Positions 21,601-30,566 of a DNA stretch of 64,000 bases are shown piece after piece. Source of the stretch: Angustibacter luteus (lineage in GTDB: Bacteria > Actinomycetota > Actinomycetes > Actinomycetales > Angustibacteraceae). The stretch is from NCBI RefSeq assembly GCF_039541115.1, contig NZ_BAABFP010000007.1, positions 186,001 to 250,000 on the forward strand, in the 5' to 3' direction. Within the stretch, counting starts at the first letter, position 1. Each line of letters opens with the position of its first letter. Made by a program: the position numbers and the translations under genes. The notes below the pieces were generated by a model. It saw only the letters and a list, made by a program, of their open reading frames with translations, searched no databases and was not told the origin of the DNA.

Positions 21601-23532
21601 CAGGCCCAGGACTTCACCGTCGTGGGGGTCGGCGACATGAGCGGCGACGTCTTCGGCAACGGGATGCTGCTGTCCGAGCACATCCAGCTCGTCGCCGCCT
21701 TCGACCACCGGCACATCTTCATCGACCCCGCGCCCGTGGCCGCGGGGTCGTACGCCGAGCGCCGCCGGCTGTTCGACCTCCCCCGCTCGTCCTGGGACGA
21801 CTACGACCGCACCCTGATCAGCGAGGGCGGGGGCGTCTGGCCGCGGTCGGCGAAGGCCGTGAAGCTCAGCGCCCAGGCGGCCCAGGCGATCGGGCTCGGC
21901 CGCGAGGCGACGTCCGTCACGCCGGCCGCGCTGATGAAGGCCATCCTCGCCGCGCCCGTCGACCTGCTGTGGAACGGCGGTATCGGCACCTACGTGAAGT
22001 CCTCCGCGGAGTCGAGCCAGGACGTCGGTGACCGGGCCAACGACGCGATCCGGGTCAACGGCAACGAGCTGCGGGTCCGGGTGGTCGGCGAGGGCGGCAA
22101 CCTCGGACTGACCCAGCTCGGCCGCATCGAGGCGGCCCTGCACGGCGTCCGGGTGAACACCGATGCCATCGACAACTCCGCCGGCGTCGACACCTCCGAC
22201 TACGAGGTCAACATCAAGATCCTGCTGAACGCCGTGGTGGCGGACGGCGACCTGACCACCAAGCAGCGCAACGTCCTGCTGGCCGAGATGACGGACGACG
22301 TCGCGCACCTGGTGCTGCGGGACAACTACGAGCAGAACGTCCTGCTCGGCAACGCCCGCGAGCAGGCGCACCCGATGCTGCCCGTGCACCAGCGGCTCAT
22401 CCACGCGTTGTCCGACCGCGGCGACCTCAACCGCGCGCTGGAGTTCCTGCCGGACGACACGGCCATCAACCGTCGGCACGAGGAGGGCCTGGGGCTGACC
22501 TCGCCCGAGTTCTCGGTGCTGGTCGCGTACTCCAAGATCACCCTCGCCGAGGACGTGCTGGCGAGCTCGCTGCCGGATGACCCGTGGTTCGCCTCCACCC
22601 TCGCCGCGTACTTCCCGGAGGCGCTCGTCGAGCGGTACGGCGACCGGCTGGCCCAGCACCCGCTGCGCCGCGAGATCGTCACCACCAAGCTGGTCAACAA
22701 CCTGGTCAACCGGGGCGGCATCACGTTCGCCTTCCGGGTCGCGGAGGAGACGGCGGCGACCCCGGTGCAGGTCGCGCTCGCCTACGTGGTGGCCCGCGAG
22801 GTGTTCGACCTGCACGACTTCGTGGCCAAGGTCGAGGCGCTGGACAACCAGGTGCCCACCCGCGCGCAGACCGCGCTGTACCTGGAGTTCCGCCGCCTGA
22901 TGGACCGCGCAGTGCGGTGGCTGCTGCAGTCCCGGCCGCCGATCACCGACCTGGCGGCCGAGATCGAGCGCTTCGCCAGCGTGGTCACGCCGCTGCGCCC
23001 GCAGGTCCCCGAGATGCTGGTGGGCGGCGAGCAGCGCCGGCTGCACCGCCGCACCAAGGAGCTCGTGAAGCTGGGCCTGCCGGACGACCTGGCGGCCCAG
23101 GCGGCCTCCCTGCTGGACGTCTACTCGCTGCTGGACATCGCGGAGATCAGCTACGACACCGGGACCGCCCCGGACGTCGTCGCCCCGATGTACTTCATGC
23201 TGTCCGAGCGCTTCCAGGTCGACACCATGCTGGGACTCATCACCCGGCTGCCGCGTGACGACCGCTGGGACGCGCTGGCTCGCGCCGCGCTGCGCTACGA
23301 CCTGTACGCCGCGCTCGAGCAGCTCACGGTGTCGGTGATCAGCAGCACGGACCCGGACCAGAGCTGCAGCGAGCGGATCGCGACCTGGGACTCGTCCAAC
23401 CGGGAGAGCCTGGCTCGGGTCCGCGACCTCGTCGCCGAGGTCAGCCACCTGGACCGCACCGGCATCGCGGCGCTGTCCGTGGCGCTGCGCGGGCTCCGGG
23501 GAGTGGTGCGCAGCAACGCCTCCGGCAGCTAG
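18628..23532 (+). CDS. gdh: NAD-specific glutamate dehydrogenase (large, about 1630 aa)
   Basis: [76 protein letters not shown]. Confidence 0.96.
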   Translation: [1634 protein letters not shown]

Positions 23533-23556
23533 TGCTCCGGAGCTCGGCGGTGGGGC

Positions 23557-23883
23557 CTAGTGCGAGCTGCTGCCGCTGACCTGCAGGCCGACGACGCCGA
23601 CGATGATGACGCCGATCCAGAACGCCTTGGCCCAGGTGGCGGACTCGTCGAAGAACCAGATGCCCAGGACGGCGACCGCGGCCGTGCCTACCGCGGACCA
23701 CACGGCGTAGGCCACCCCGACCTCGACCTGCTTGAGCGCCCGGGCCAGCAGCACGAAGCTGGCGACGTAGCCGATGACGACCACGACCGAGGGCCACAGC
23801 TTGGTCAACCCGTCACTGGCTTTCAGGCAGACGGTCGCCACGATCTCGGTGGCGATCGCGGCCGACAGCAGGATCCAGGGCAT
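23557..23883 (-). CDS. SMR family multidrug efflux transporter
   Basis: MPWILLSAAIATEIVAT..LKAS, GVAYAVWSAVG; conserved membrane-embedded Glu. Confidence 0.92.
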   Translation of the reverse strand: MPWILLSAAIATEIVATVCLKASDGLTKLWPSVVVVIGYVASFVLLARALKQVEVGVAYAVWSAVGTAAVAVLGIWFFDESATWAKAFWIGVIIVGVVGLQVSGSSSH

Positions 23884-23952
23884 GCCGCCATCTTGGCAGC
23901 AACCGAGGAGCCGGTCGTAGGGGCAGACCCCGTGGCTGCGTAGGCTCGGCGC

Positions 23953-25431
23953 GTGTCGTCCATGACCGACCTCGTGCACGAGCGCACCGACCTCGGTGAC
24001 GCCGACGTCGAGTGGCTGCGCCTGCTGGTGGGGGACTGGCAGCTGCTGTCCGACCTGTCCTTCGCGGACCTGGTGCTCTGGGTGCCCGCCGGCGACGGCT
24101 GGCTGGCGGTCGCGCACGTGCGTCCCACGACCGGGGCCACGGCCTTCGTGGACGACGTGGTGGGCCAGGACGTGGCCCGGGGCCGTCGCCCGCAGCTGGA
24201 CCGTGCCTTCGACGAGCAGCGGATCTGCCGCGAGCGCGACCCCGACTGGCAGGACGACGTCCCGCTGCGTGAGGAGACCATCCCGGTCGTCCGCGACGGG
24301 CGGCCCATCGCCGTCATGGCCCGGCACACGAACCTGTCCACGATGCGCACGCCGAGCCGGCTCGAGCTCACCTACGTGGCGTGCGCGGACGCCCTGGCGC
24401 TGATGATCACGTCGGGGTCCTTCCCGGTGGCCGGCGCCCCCACCGGGATGCGCCGCGGCGCGCCGCGGGTGGGGGACGGGCTGCTCCGGCTGGACGTCGA
24501 CGGCCTGGTCACCTACGCCAGCCCGAACGCCGTGTCCGCCTTCCACCGGCTGGGTCACGACCGCGAGCTGGTCGGCCAGTCGCTGGCCGAGGTGACGACG
24601 TCCCTGATGCGGGGCCGGGGTCAGGTGGACGAGGGGCTCTCGCTGGTGGTCACCGGCAAGGCGCCCTGGCGGGCGGACCTGGAGGCGTCCGGTGCCACGC
24701 TGAGCGTGCGGGCGGTGCCGCTGCAGGTGGACGGACGGCGGATCGGTGCCCTGCTGCTGGCCCGCGACGTGTCCGAGCTGCGCCGCCGCGAGCGGCAGCT
24801 GCTCAGCAAGGACGCCACGATCCGCGAGATCCACCACCGGGTGAAGAACAACCTGCAGACGGTGGCCGCGCTGCTGCGCATGCAGTCCCGGCGGGTGGAC
24901 GACGCGGCTGCCCGGACCGCGCTGTCCCAGGCCGAGCGGCGGGTGGCCGCCATCGCTCTGGTGCACGAGACCCTCTCGACCGGGTACGACGAGACCGTCG
25001 ACTTCGACGACGTGGCGGCCCGAGGGTTGTCCGCCCTCGTCGAGGTGGCCCGCCCCGGCGGTGCGGTGCGCACCCAGCACGAGGGCAGCTTCGGGCGGCT
25101 GCGCGCCGAGGACGCGACCGCGTTGTCGCTGGTGCTGACCGAGCTGGTGCAGAACGCGGTGGAGCACGGCTTCGCGGGGCGCGACGGTCTGGTCACGGTG
25201 CACGCGGAGCGGTCCGGCGCCGGGGCGGACGACCGGCTCGTGGTGCGGGTCAGCGACGACGGCATGGGTCTGCCCGAGCGCTCGCAGAACGGGCTCGAGC
25301 GGGACGGGCTCGGCACCCAGATCGTCAAGGCCCTGGTCAGCGAGCTGGGTGGCACCATCGCCTGGTCGGGGCGGCCGGGTGGCGGCACCGACGTCCGGCT
25401 GGATCTCGTGCCGCGGCCGCTGGAGGACTGA
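23953..25431 (+). CDS. pdtaS: PdtaS-like cytoplasmic sensor histidine kinase (GAF-PAS-HisKA_2)
   Basis: WQLLSDLSFADLVLW, IREIHHRVKNNLQTVAALLR, ELVQNAVEHG, DDGMG, GLGTQIV; TAGGCT -10 element 6 nt upstream. Confidence 0.88.
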   Translation: MSSMTDLVHERTDLGDADVEWLRLLVGDWQLLSDLSFADLVLWVPAGDGWLAVAHVRPTTGATAFVDDVVGQDVARGRRPQLDRAFDEQRICRERDPDWQDDVPLREETIPVVRDGRPIAVMARHTNLSTMRTPSRLELTYVACADALALMITSGSFPVAGAPTGMRRGAPRVGDGLLRLDVDGLVTYASPNAVSAFHRLGHDRELVGQSLAEVTTSLMRGRGQVDEGLSLVVTGKAPWRADLEASGATLSVRAVPLQVDGRRIGALLLARDVSELRRRERQLLSKDATIREIHHRVKNNLQTVAALLRMQSRRVDDAAARTALSQAERRVAAIALVHETLSTGYDETVDFDDVAARGLSALVEVARPGGAVRTQHEGSFGRLRAEDATALSLVLTELVQNAVEHGFAGRDGLVTVHAERSGAGADDRLVVRVSDDGMGLPERSQNGLERDGLGTQIVKALVSELGGTIAWSGRPGGGTDVRLDLVPRPLED

Positions 25432-25479
25432 GCTGGAGATTGGGCGGGAGACTGGGCTGGCAGCGCACCGGGCAGACGT

Positions 25480-25509
25480 CAACGCCCCGGTCGGGTGACC
25501 GGGGCGTTG
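25480..25509. terminator. Hairpin terminator between convergent kinase and whiB1
   Basis: CAACGCCCCGGTC-GGGT-GACCGGGGCGTTG, 13-bp perfect stem. Confidence 0.75.
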
Positions 25510-25547
25510 GGTGGTGCGGGGTGTTCGGGGCTGCTGCGGGCCGGCTC

Positions 25548-25796
25548 TCAGACCGCTCGGCGGGCTCGGGCGTTGCGTCGCTTGAGGGCCCGGCGCTCGT
25601 CCTCGGACAGTCCGCCCCAGACTCCGGCGTCCTGACCGGACTCCAGCGCCCACTGCAGGCACACGTCGCGGACGTCGCAACGTCGGCAGACGGCCTTGGC
25701 CTCTTCGATCTGCAGCAGGGCGGGTCCGGTGTTTCCGATCGGGAAGAACAGCTCGGGATCCTCGTCGAGGCAGGCAGCGCGGTGGCGCCAGTCCAT
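25548..25796 (-). CDS. whiB1: WhiB1/WblE family Fe-S transcriptional regulator
   Basis: MDWRHRAACLDEDPELFFPIGNTGPA...VCRRC....CLQWALESGQDAGVWGGLSEDERR; adjacent to a PdtaS-like kinase. Confidence 0.93.
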   Translation of the reverse strand: MDWRHRAACLDEDPELFFPIGNTGPALLQIEEAKAVCRRCDVRDVCLQWALESGQDAGVWGGLSEDERRALKRRNARARRAV

Positions 25797-25890
25797 CGGG
25801 ATCGATCTCCTGTCATCTACGTCGTCTTGGGGGCTGCCAGGCGGTGGGCCAGACAGCGCGACTACCCATCATGGCCGCTCGGTGTGCTCT

Positions 25891-25906
25891 TGTGAAGGAC
25901 TTCACG
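25891..25906. promoter_or_regulatory. Putative CRP/GlxR binding site upstream of whiB1
   Basis: TGTGA-AGGACT-TCACG versus consensus TGTGA-N6-TCACA. Confidence 0.55.
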
Positions 25907-26050
25907 AGCGCCGTGTCGGGTCGTCGTCAGTGACCCGAAGAACAAGGGTCACACCTTGTGCGGTGCCTGCACAAGGGTTATCCGTGATCGTTCTGTGATG
26001 AGGCGTGAGGGCTTGATCACACACAGTGCCCGCAGGAGCTGGGCGCTAGC

Positions 26051-26496
26051 GTGTCCGCCGTGCCTGAAGAGCAGCTCGAACCGCCGGAACCGGACGATCC
26101 AACCCGAGAGGGGGACGACGCGCCTGCCGCGGCGTCCGCTGCCCCCTTGCTGTGGCGGAGGCTGGCGTGCGGCCTCGTCGGGCTGCAGGCGGTCCTCCNN
26201 NNNNNNNNNNNNNNNNNNNNNNNNNNNNNNNNNNNNNNNNNNNNNNNNNNNNNNNNNNNNNNNNNNNNNNNNNNNNNNNNNNNNNNNNNCTGACGGCGCT
26301 CGGGCTGCTGCTGATCGCCCGCGAGCTGCTGCGCGGTCACGCGCGGGTTCGGACGCCGGGAGTGTTCTTCCAGGCCCTCCTGCTCCTGCTGGTGCCGAGC
26401 ATGTGGTCCGCCGGCAACCCGCTGCTCGCGGCCGGTGTCGGCGTCCTGGCGGGGACGGCCGTGGTCTCGATCGTGCTGGCCACCCGCCGGGCGTGA
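26051..26496 (+). CDS. Small membrane protein interrupted by the assembly gap
   Basis: Hydrophobic ORF on both sides of the Ns (...GLVGLQAVL / LTALGLLLIARELLRGHARVRTPGVFFQ...); frame across the gap unresolved. Confidence 0.6.
26199..26289. other. Assembly gap (91 N)
   Basis: Run of N characters. Confidence 1.
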
Positions 26497-26549
26497 CCCG
26501 CGTGAGCGGCACATCATGGGCAACGAGTGACAAACCCTCGCGAACCCCC

Positions 26550-26589
26550 TTGACGCTGTCGAACATTTGATTGTAAACCTTACGAACAT
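26550..26589 (+). promoter_or_regulatory. Putative sigma70-type promoter with CGAACAT direct repeats for the sugar ABC operon
   Basis: TTGACG (26550) ...TAAACC (26574); CGAACAT at 26560 and 26583; AT-rich patch. Confidence 0.5.
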
Positions 26590-26631
26590 ATTGCGGTGGC
26601 CCCGTCTTCGTCCATGTCCAGGGAGCTGAGA

Positions 26632-27897
26632 ATGGCCCGACTCACGCGCACGTCCGTCCTCGTCTGCACCGCCGCGCTGGCGGTGGGACTCACCGCCTGC
26701 GGCGGTGGGACGGGAGCATCAAGCAACGACGCCGACGGCAAGTCCGGTGACGCGAAGACCATCAAGCTGGTCGCGGCCGAGTACTCCAGTGGGACCAAGG
26801 CGTTCTGGGACAAGTTCGCGACCGCCTACAAGGCGAAGACCGGGAACACCCTCGACGTGCAGGTGGTCAGCTGGACCGACATCGACCAGCAGTCCAGCAC
26901 GATGATCCAGAACGGCAACCCGCCGGACATCCTGAACCTGAACGCCTACGCCAGCTACGCCAAGGACGACCTGCTCTACTCGGCGGACGACGTGCTGTCC
27001 CCGGCGGTCAAGGACGACCTCATCCCGGCCTTCGTGAAGTCCGGGACCTACAACGGCAAGCTCTACGGCATGCCCGACCTGTCGTCGGCGCGCGCCCTCT
27101 TCTACAACAAGAAGCTGTTCCAGCAGGCCGGCATCAGCGCGCCGCCCACCACCTGGGCCGACTTCGAGGCCGACGCCAAGAAGGTCAGCGCCCTCGGCGG
27201 CGGGAACGTCGGCTACGCCATGCCGCTCGGGCCGGAGGAGTCGCAGGCCGAGTTCTCCATCTGGCTGGTGAACAACGGCGGCGACTGGAAGACCGACGGC
27301 AAGTGGAGCATCAACTCGGCGAAGAACGTCGAGACGCTGAACTTCCTGAAGAAGCTCGCCGTCACCGACAAGGTCACCCAGAACAACCCCGGCAAGACCA
27401 ACCGCACGGACGGCGCCTTCGCGCTCTTCGGGTCCGGCAAGGCCGGCATGGTGGTCGGCTTCTCACCGCTGTCCGCCGAGCTCGACAAGAGCAAGGCCGT
27501 CGACTACGCCGTCGCCCCCATGCCCAGCGCCGACGGCAGCGCCCCGCAGACCTACGGCGTCACCGACTACCTGATGGCCTTCAAGAAGAAGGGCAACCAG
27601 GACGCCGTGAAGGCCTTCTACGACCTGTATTACCAGCCGGACCAGGTCAACACCTTCATCAAGGCCGAGGGCTTCCTTCCGGTGACCAAGACCGGGCTGA
27701 CCACCTTCCAGTCCGAGAAGGCGCTCGCGGTCTACCTGCAGACCCTGCCCAACGTGCACCTCACGCCCACGGACGACCCGGGCTGGGACAAGGTCAAGCT
27801 CGCGGTCCAGCAGAACCTGGGCTCCGCGGTCGCACCTGACGGCAACCCGCAGAAGGTGCTGGACGCCTTGCAGCAGCAGGCCGAGTCCGGCAGCTGA
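26632..27897 (+). CDS. Carbohydrate ABC transporter substrate-binding lipoprotein
   Basis: Lipobox LTAC, PPDI, GKLYGMP, ALFYNKKLF, PTTW. Confidence 0.92.
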   Translation: MARLTRTSVLVCTAALAVGLTACGGGTGASSNDADGKSGDAKTIKLVAAEYSSGTKAFWDKFATAYKAKTGNTLDVQVVSWTDIDQQSSTMIQNGNPPDILNLNAYASYAKDDLLYSADDVLSPAVKDDLIPAFVKSGTYNGKLYGMPDLSSARALFYNKKLFQQAGISAPPTTWADFEADAKKVSALGGGNVGYAMPLGPEESQAEFSIWLVNNGGDWKTDGKWSINSAKNVETLNFLKKLAVTDKVTQNNPGKTNRTDGAFALFGSGKAGMVVGFSPLSAELDKSKAVDYAVAPMPSADGSAPQTYGVTDYLMAFKKKGNQDAVKAFYDLYYQPDQVNTFIKAEGFLPVTKTGLTTFQSEKALAVYLQTLPNVHLTPTDDPGWDKVKLAVQQNLGSAVAPDGNPQKVLDALQQQAESGS

Positions 27898-27899
27898 GC

Positions 27900-28853
27900 G
27901 TGTCGCAGAGCACGCTGCGTCAGGCGGGGCCGGCCACCAGCCGGCCCCGCCGACGGGGCACCCGCGACGCGACCTCGGGCTGGGTCGCCCTGCTGTGGCT
28001 CGGCCCGGCGCTGCTGCTCATCGGCGGCGTCGTGGTCTTCCCGGCGGTCGCCCTGGTCAAGGCGTCCCTCAGCGAGTACTCCATCACCGGGCTGCGCAAG
28101 GGCCCCGCGGGTCTGGACAACTACCGGCACGTGATCGAGCACCCGGCGCTGGGCACCGTCCTGCGCACCACCGCGATCTGGGTGGTCGCCGTGGTGATCC
28201 TGACCATGCTGATCAGCCTCGCGCTGGCCCAGTTCCTGTCGAAGCAGTTCGTCGGACGCCGGTTCGTGCGCTGGGCGATCATCGTGCCCTGGGCGGCGTC
28301 CCTGATCATCACCGCGCGGCTGTTCACCCTGCTGCTGGACTACTACCACGGCATCGCGAACACGCTGCTGGTCGCGCTGCCGTTCGTCGACCAGCCGGTG
28401 GATTTCCTCGGTGACGACCGGTTCACGCTGGCCTCCATCGTCGCGGTCGGCGTCTTCGTCTCGGTGCCGTTCGTGACCTACGTGCTGCTGGCCGGCCTGA
28501 ACGCCATCCCGGACGACGTCTACGAGGCGGCGCGCATCGACGGCGCCGGGCCGTGGCAGGTCTACCGGCGGATCACGTTGCCGCTGCTCGCCCCGGCGCT
28601 CTCGGTGTCGACGGTGCTGAGCATCATCTACGTCTTCAACTCGTTCCCCGTCGTCTACACGCTGAACGACCGCAACCCCGGCTTCAGCCACGACACGACC
28701 ATCACCTGGATGTACAAGCTGGCGTTCAAGAGCGCCGAGAAGGACGTCGGGATGTCGGCTGCCGCCGGGGTGTTCAACGTGCTGCTGATCCTGGCCGCAG
28801 TGGCCGTCTACCTGCGGGTCACCCGCGGTGCGACGCAGGAGAACCAGGCATGA
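27900..28853 (+). CDS. Carbohydrate ABC transporter permease
   Basis: EAA loop VYEAARIDGA.....RITLPLL. Confidence 0.92.
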   Translation: MSQSTLRQAGPATSRPRRRGTRDATSGWVALLWLGPALLLIGGVVVFPAVALVKASLSEYSITGLRKGPAGLDNYRHVIEHPALGTVLRTTAIWVVAVVILTMLISLALAQFLSKQFVGRRFVRWAIIVPWAASLIITARLFTLLLDYYHGIANTLLVALPFVDQPVDFLGDDRFTLASIVAVGVFVSVPFVTYVLLAGLNAIPDDVYEAARIDGAGPWQVYRRITLPLLAPALSVSTVLSIIYVFNSFPVVYTLNDRNPGFSHDTTITWMYKLAFKSAEKDVGMSAAAGVFNVLLILAAVAVYLRVTRGATQENQA

Positions 28854-29755
28854 GCGCCGCGACGCAGACCAGCCCGGTCGACCAGACCCGCGGCACCCGC
28901 CCGGCCCGACGTCCGGCGTCCGGGCCCTCGCGGTGGCGGCGGGTGCGTCCCGTGGTGCTGCCGATCGTCGGCCTCGCGGTGGGGCTGGTCTTCCTGGCCC
29001 CGTACATCGTCATGCTGCTCGACGCGCTGCGGCCCAGCTCGGACGTCCTCGCCTCGCCCGCGACCTTCCTGCCGCGGCGCTGGCAGTGGGACACGTTCGG
29101 CACCGTGCTGAGCGACACCCGCTTCCTCGCCTGGCTGCGGACCTCCGTGGTGGTCGCGACCGCGTCCACCATGGTGGTGCTGCTGGTGTCCGTGCCGGCC
29201 GCCTACTTCACCGGACGGGTGCGCTACCCCGGCCGGCGGCTCTTCCTGCTCGTCGTGCTGGTCACCCAGATGTTCAGCCCGACCGCCCTGGTGGTCGGGC
29301 TGTACCGGGAGTTCTTCGAGCTCAACCTCGTGAACACCTACCTGGCGATCATCCTGACCAACGCGGCCTTCAACCTGGCCTTCGCGATCTGGATCCTGCA
29401 GGCGTTCTTCGCCTCGATCCCGGCCGAGGTCGAGGAGGCCGCCGAGCTGGACGGCTGCGGCCGGCTCGCCACCATGTGGCGGATCATGCTGCCGCTCACC
29501 CGTCCGGGCATCGTCACCTCGGTGATCTTCACGTTCATCGCCGCCTGGAACGAGTACGTCGTCGCGCTGACCCTGATGCAGGACGACGCGAAGAAGCCGC
29601 TCACCGTCGGGATCAGCAGCTACGTCACCGGGTACCAGCAGCACTGGGACCAGCTCTTCGCGGCCTCGCTGATCGCCGTCGTCCCGGTGGTCATCCTGTT
29701 CGCGGCCATCGAGAAGCACCTCGTCGGCGGGCTCACTGCGGGGTCGATCAAGTAG
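28850..29755 (+). CDS. Carbohydrate ABC transporter permease
   Basis: IPAEVEEAAELDGC, AWNEY; ATGA overlap with the previous gene. Confidence 0.92.
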   Translation: MSAATQTSPVDQTRGTRPARRPASGPSRWRRVRPVVLPIVGLAVGLVFLAPYIVMLLDALRPSSDVLASPATFLPRRWQWDTFGTVLSDTRFLAWLRTSVVVATASTMVVLLVSVPAAYFTGRVRYPGRRLFLLVVLVTQMFSPTALVVGLYREFFELNLVNTYLAIILTNAAFNLAFAIWILQAFFASIPAEVEEAAELDGCGRLATMWRIMLPLTRPGIVTSVIFTFIAAWNEYVVALTLMQDDAKKPLTVGISSYVTGYQQHWDQLFAASLIAVVPVVILFAAIEKHLVGGLTAGSIK

Positions 29756-29774
29756 CGCGGTGCTGACCGAGGCG

Positions 29775-30536
29775 TCAGCCGAGGTCCTCGAGGCCCTTGC
29801 GCAGGTCGTCGACGGTGCGCGACAGCAGGCGGGAGACGTGCATCTGCGAGATGCCGAGCTCGTCGGCGATCTCGTTCTGGGACAGGCCGCGGAAGAAGCG
29901 CAGCACCAGGATCCGCTTCTCGCGGGCCGGCAGGCGGTGCAGCAGCGGGCGCAGGGACTCGCGGTCCACCACGTCTTCGAGGGCCGTGTCGACCAGCGCG
30001 ATGTCCGCGTCGAGGCCGTCGATCGGGCCCTCCAGCGGGACGGTGCTGTAGGCCTGCTGGGCCTCCAGCGCCTCGATGGCCTCCTCGGTGCTGATCCCCA
30101 CCTGCTCCGCGAGCTCGTGCACCGTCGGGGCGCGTCCCAAGGCCTGGTTCAGCTCGGCCCGCGCCCCCTCGAGCTGGGTCTGCAGCTCCTGCAGGCGCCG
30201 CGGGACGCGCAGCGCCCAGCCCCGGTCCCGGAAGTGCCGCTTGATCTCGCCGAGGATGGTCGGTGTCGCGAACGTGGTGAGCGCCGCCCCGCGGTCCGGG
30301 TCGAACCGGTCGACCGCGTTGATCAGGCCGATGGTGCCCACCTGGATCAGGTCGTCCAGTGGCTCGCCGAGGTCGCGGTAGCGCTGCGCCAGGTAGCGGA
30401 CGAGGGGCAGGTTCTCCTCGACCAGCTGGGTGCGCAGCTCGGCCCGGCGCGGGTCCTGGGCGGGCAGGGCCGCGAGCTCCTGGGCGACGTCCGTGTTGGA
30501 GCCGGGGGTCGCGGCGCGGGCGCCGACGACCGTCAT
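29775..30536 (-). CDS. SigB/SigF/SigG family RNA polymerase sigma factor
   Basis: DDLIQVGTIGLINAVDRFDP, FATPTILGEIKRHFRD, SQMHVSRLL. Confidence 0.93.
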   Translation of the reverse strand: MTVVGARAATPGSNTDVAQELAALPAQDPRRAELRTQLVEENLPLVRYLAQRYRDLGEPLDDLIQVGTIGLINAVDRFDPDRGAALTTFATPTILGEIKRHFRDRGWALRVPRRLQELQTQLEGARAELNQALGRAPTVHELAEQVGISTEEAIEALEAQQAYSTVPLEGPIDGLDADIALVDTALEDVVDRESLRPLLHRLPAREKRILVLRFFRGLSQNEIADELGISQMHVSRLLSRTVDDLRKGLEDLG

Positions 30537-30566
30537 GCCCACTGCCCGCTCATGCCCACTGCCCCG
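30533..30566 (-). repeat. 17-bp tandem duplication at the anti-sigma/sigma junction encoding mini-ORF MSGQWA (30533-30553)
   Basis: TCATGCCCACTGCCCGC followed by TCATGCCCACTGCCCCG. Confidence 0.85.

Noticed and set aside
17980..23448. 1822-aa minus-strand ORF opposite gdh (likewise 49818-53057 opposite pyc, 1596-3605 opposite pilB, and many others)
   Set aside because: Antisense shadows produced by strong GC3 codon bias; no recognisable motifs. Only the last 162 aa (DUF2505) is a real gene.
26051..26496. Apparent frameshift/pseudogene in the membrane protein
   Set aside because: The frame change coincides with the N gap, whose length is only an estimate.
26559..26574. LexA box upstream of the sugar ABC operon (TCGAACATTTGATTGT)
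   Set aside because: Only the left half-site matches; better explained as a CGAACAT direct repeat.
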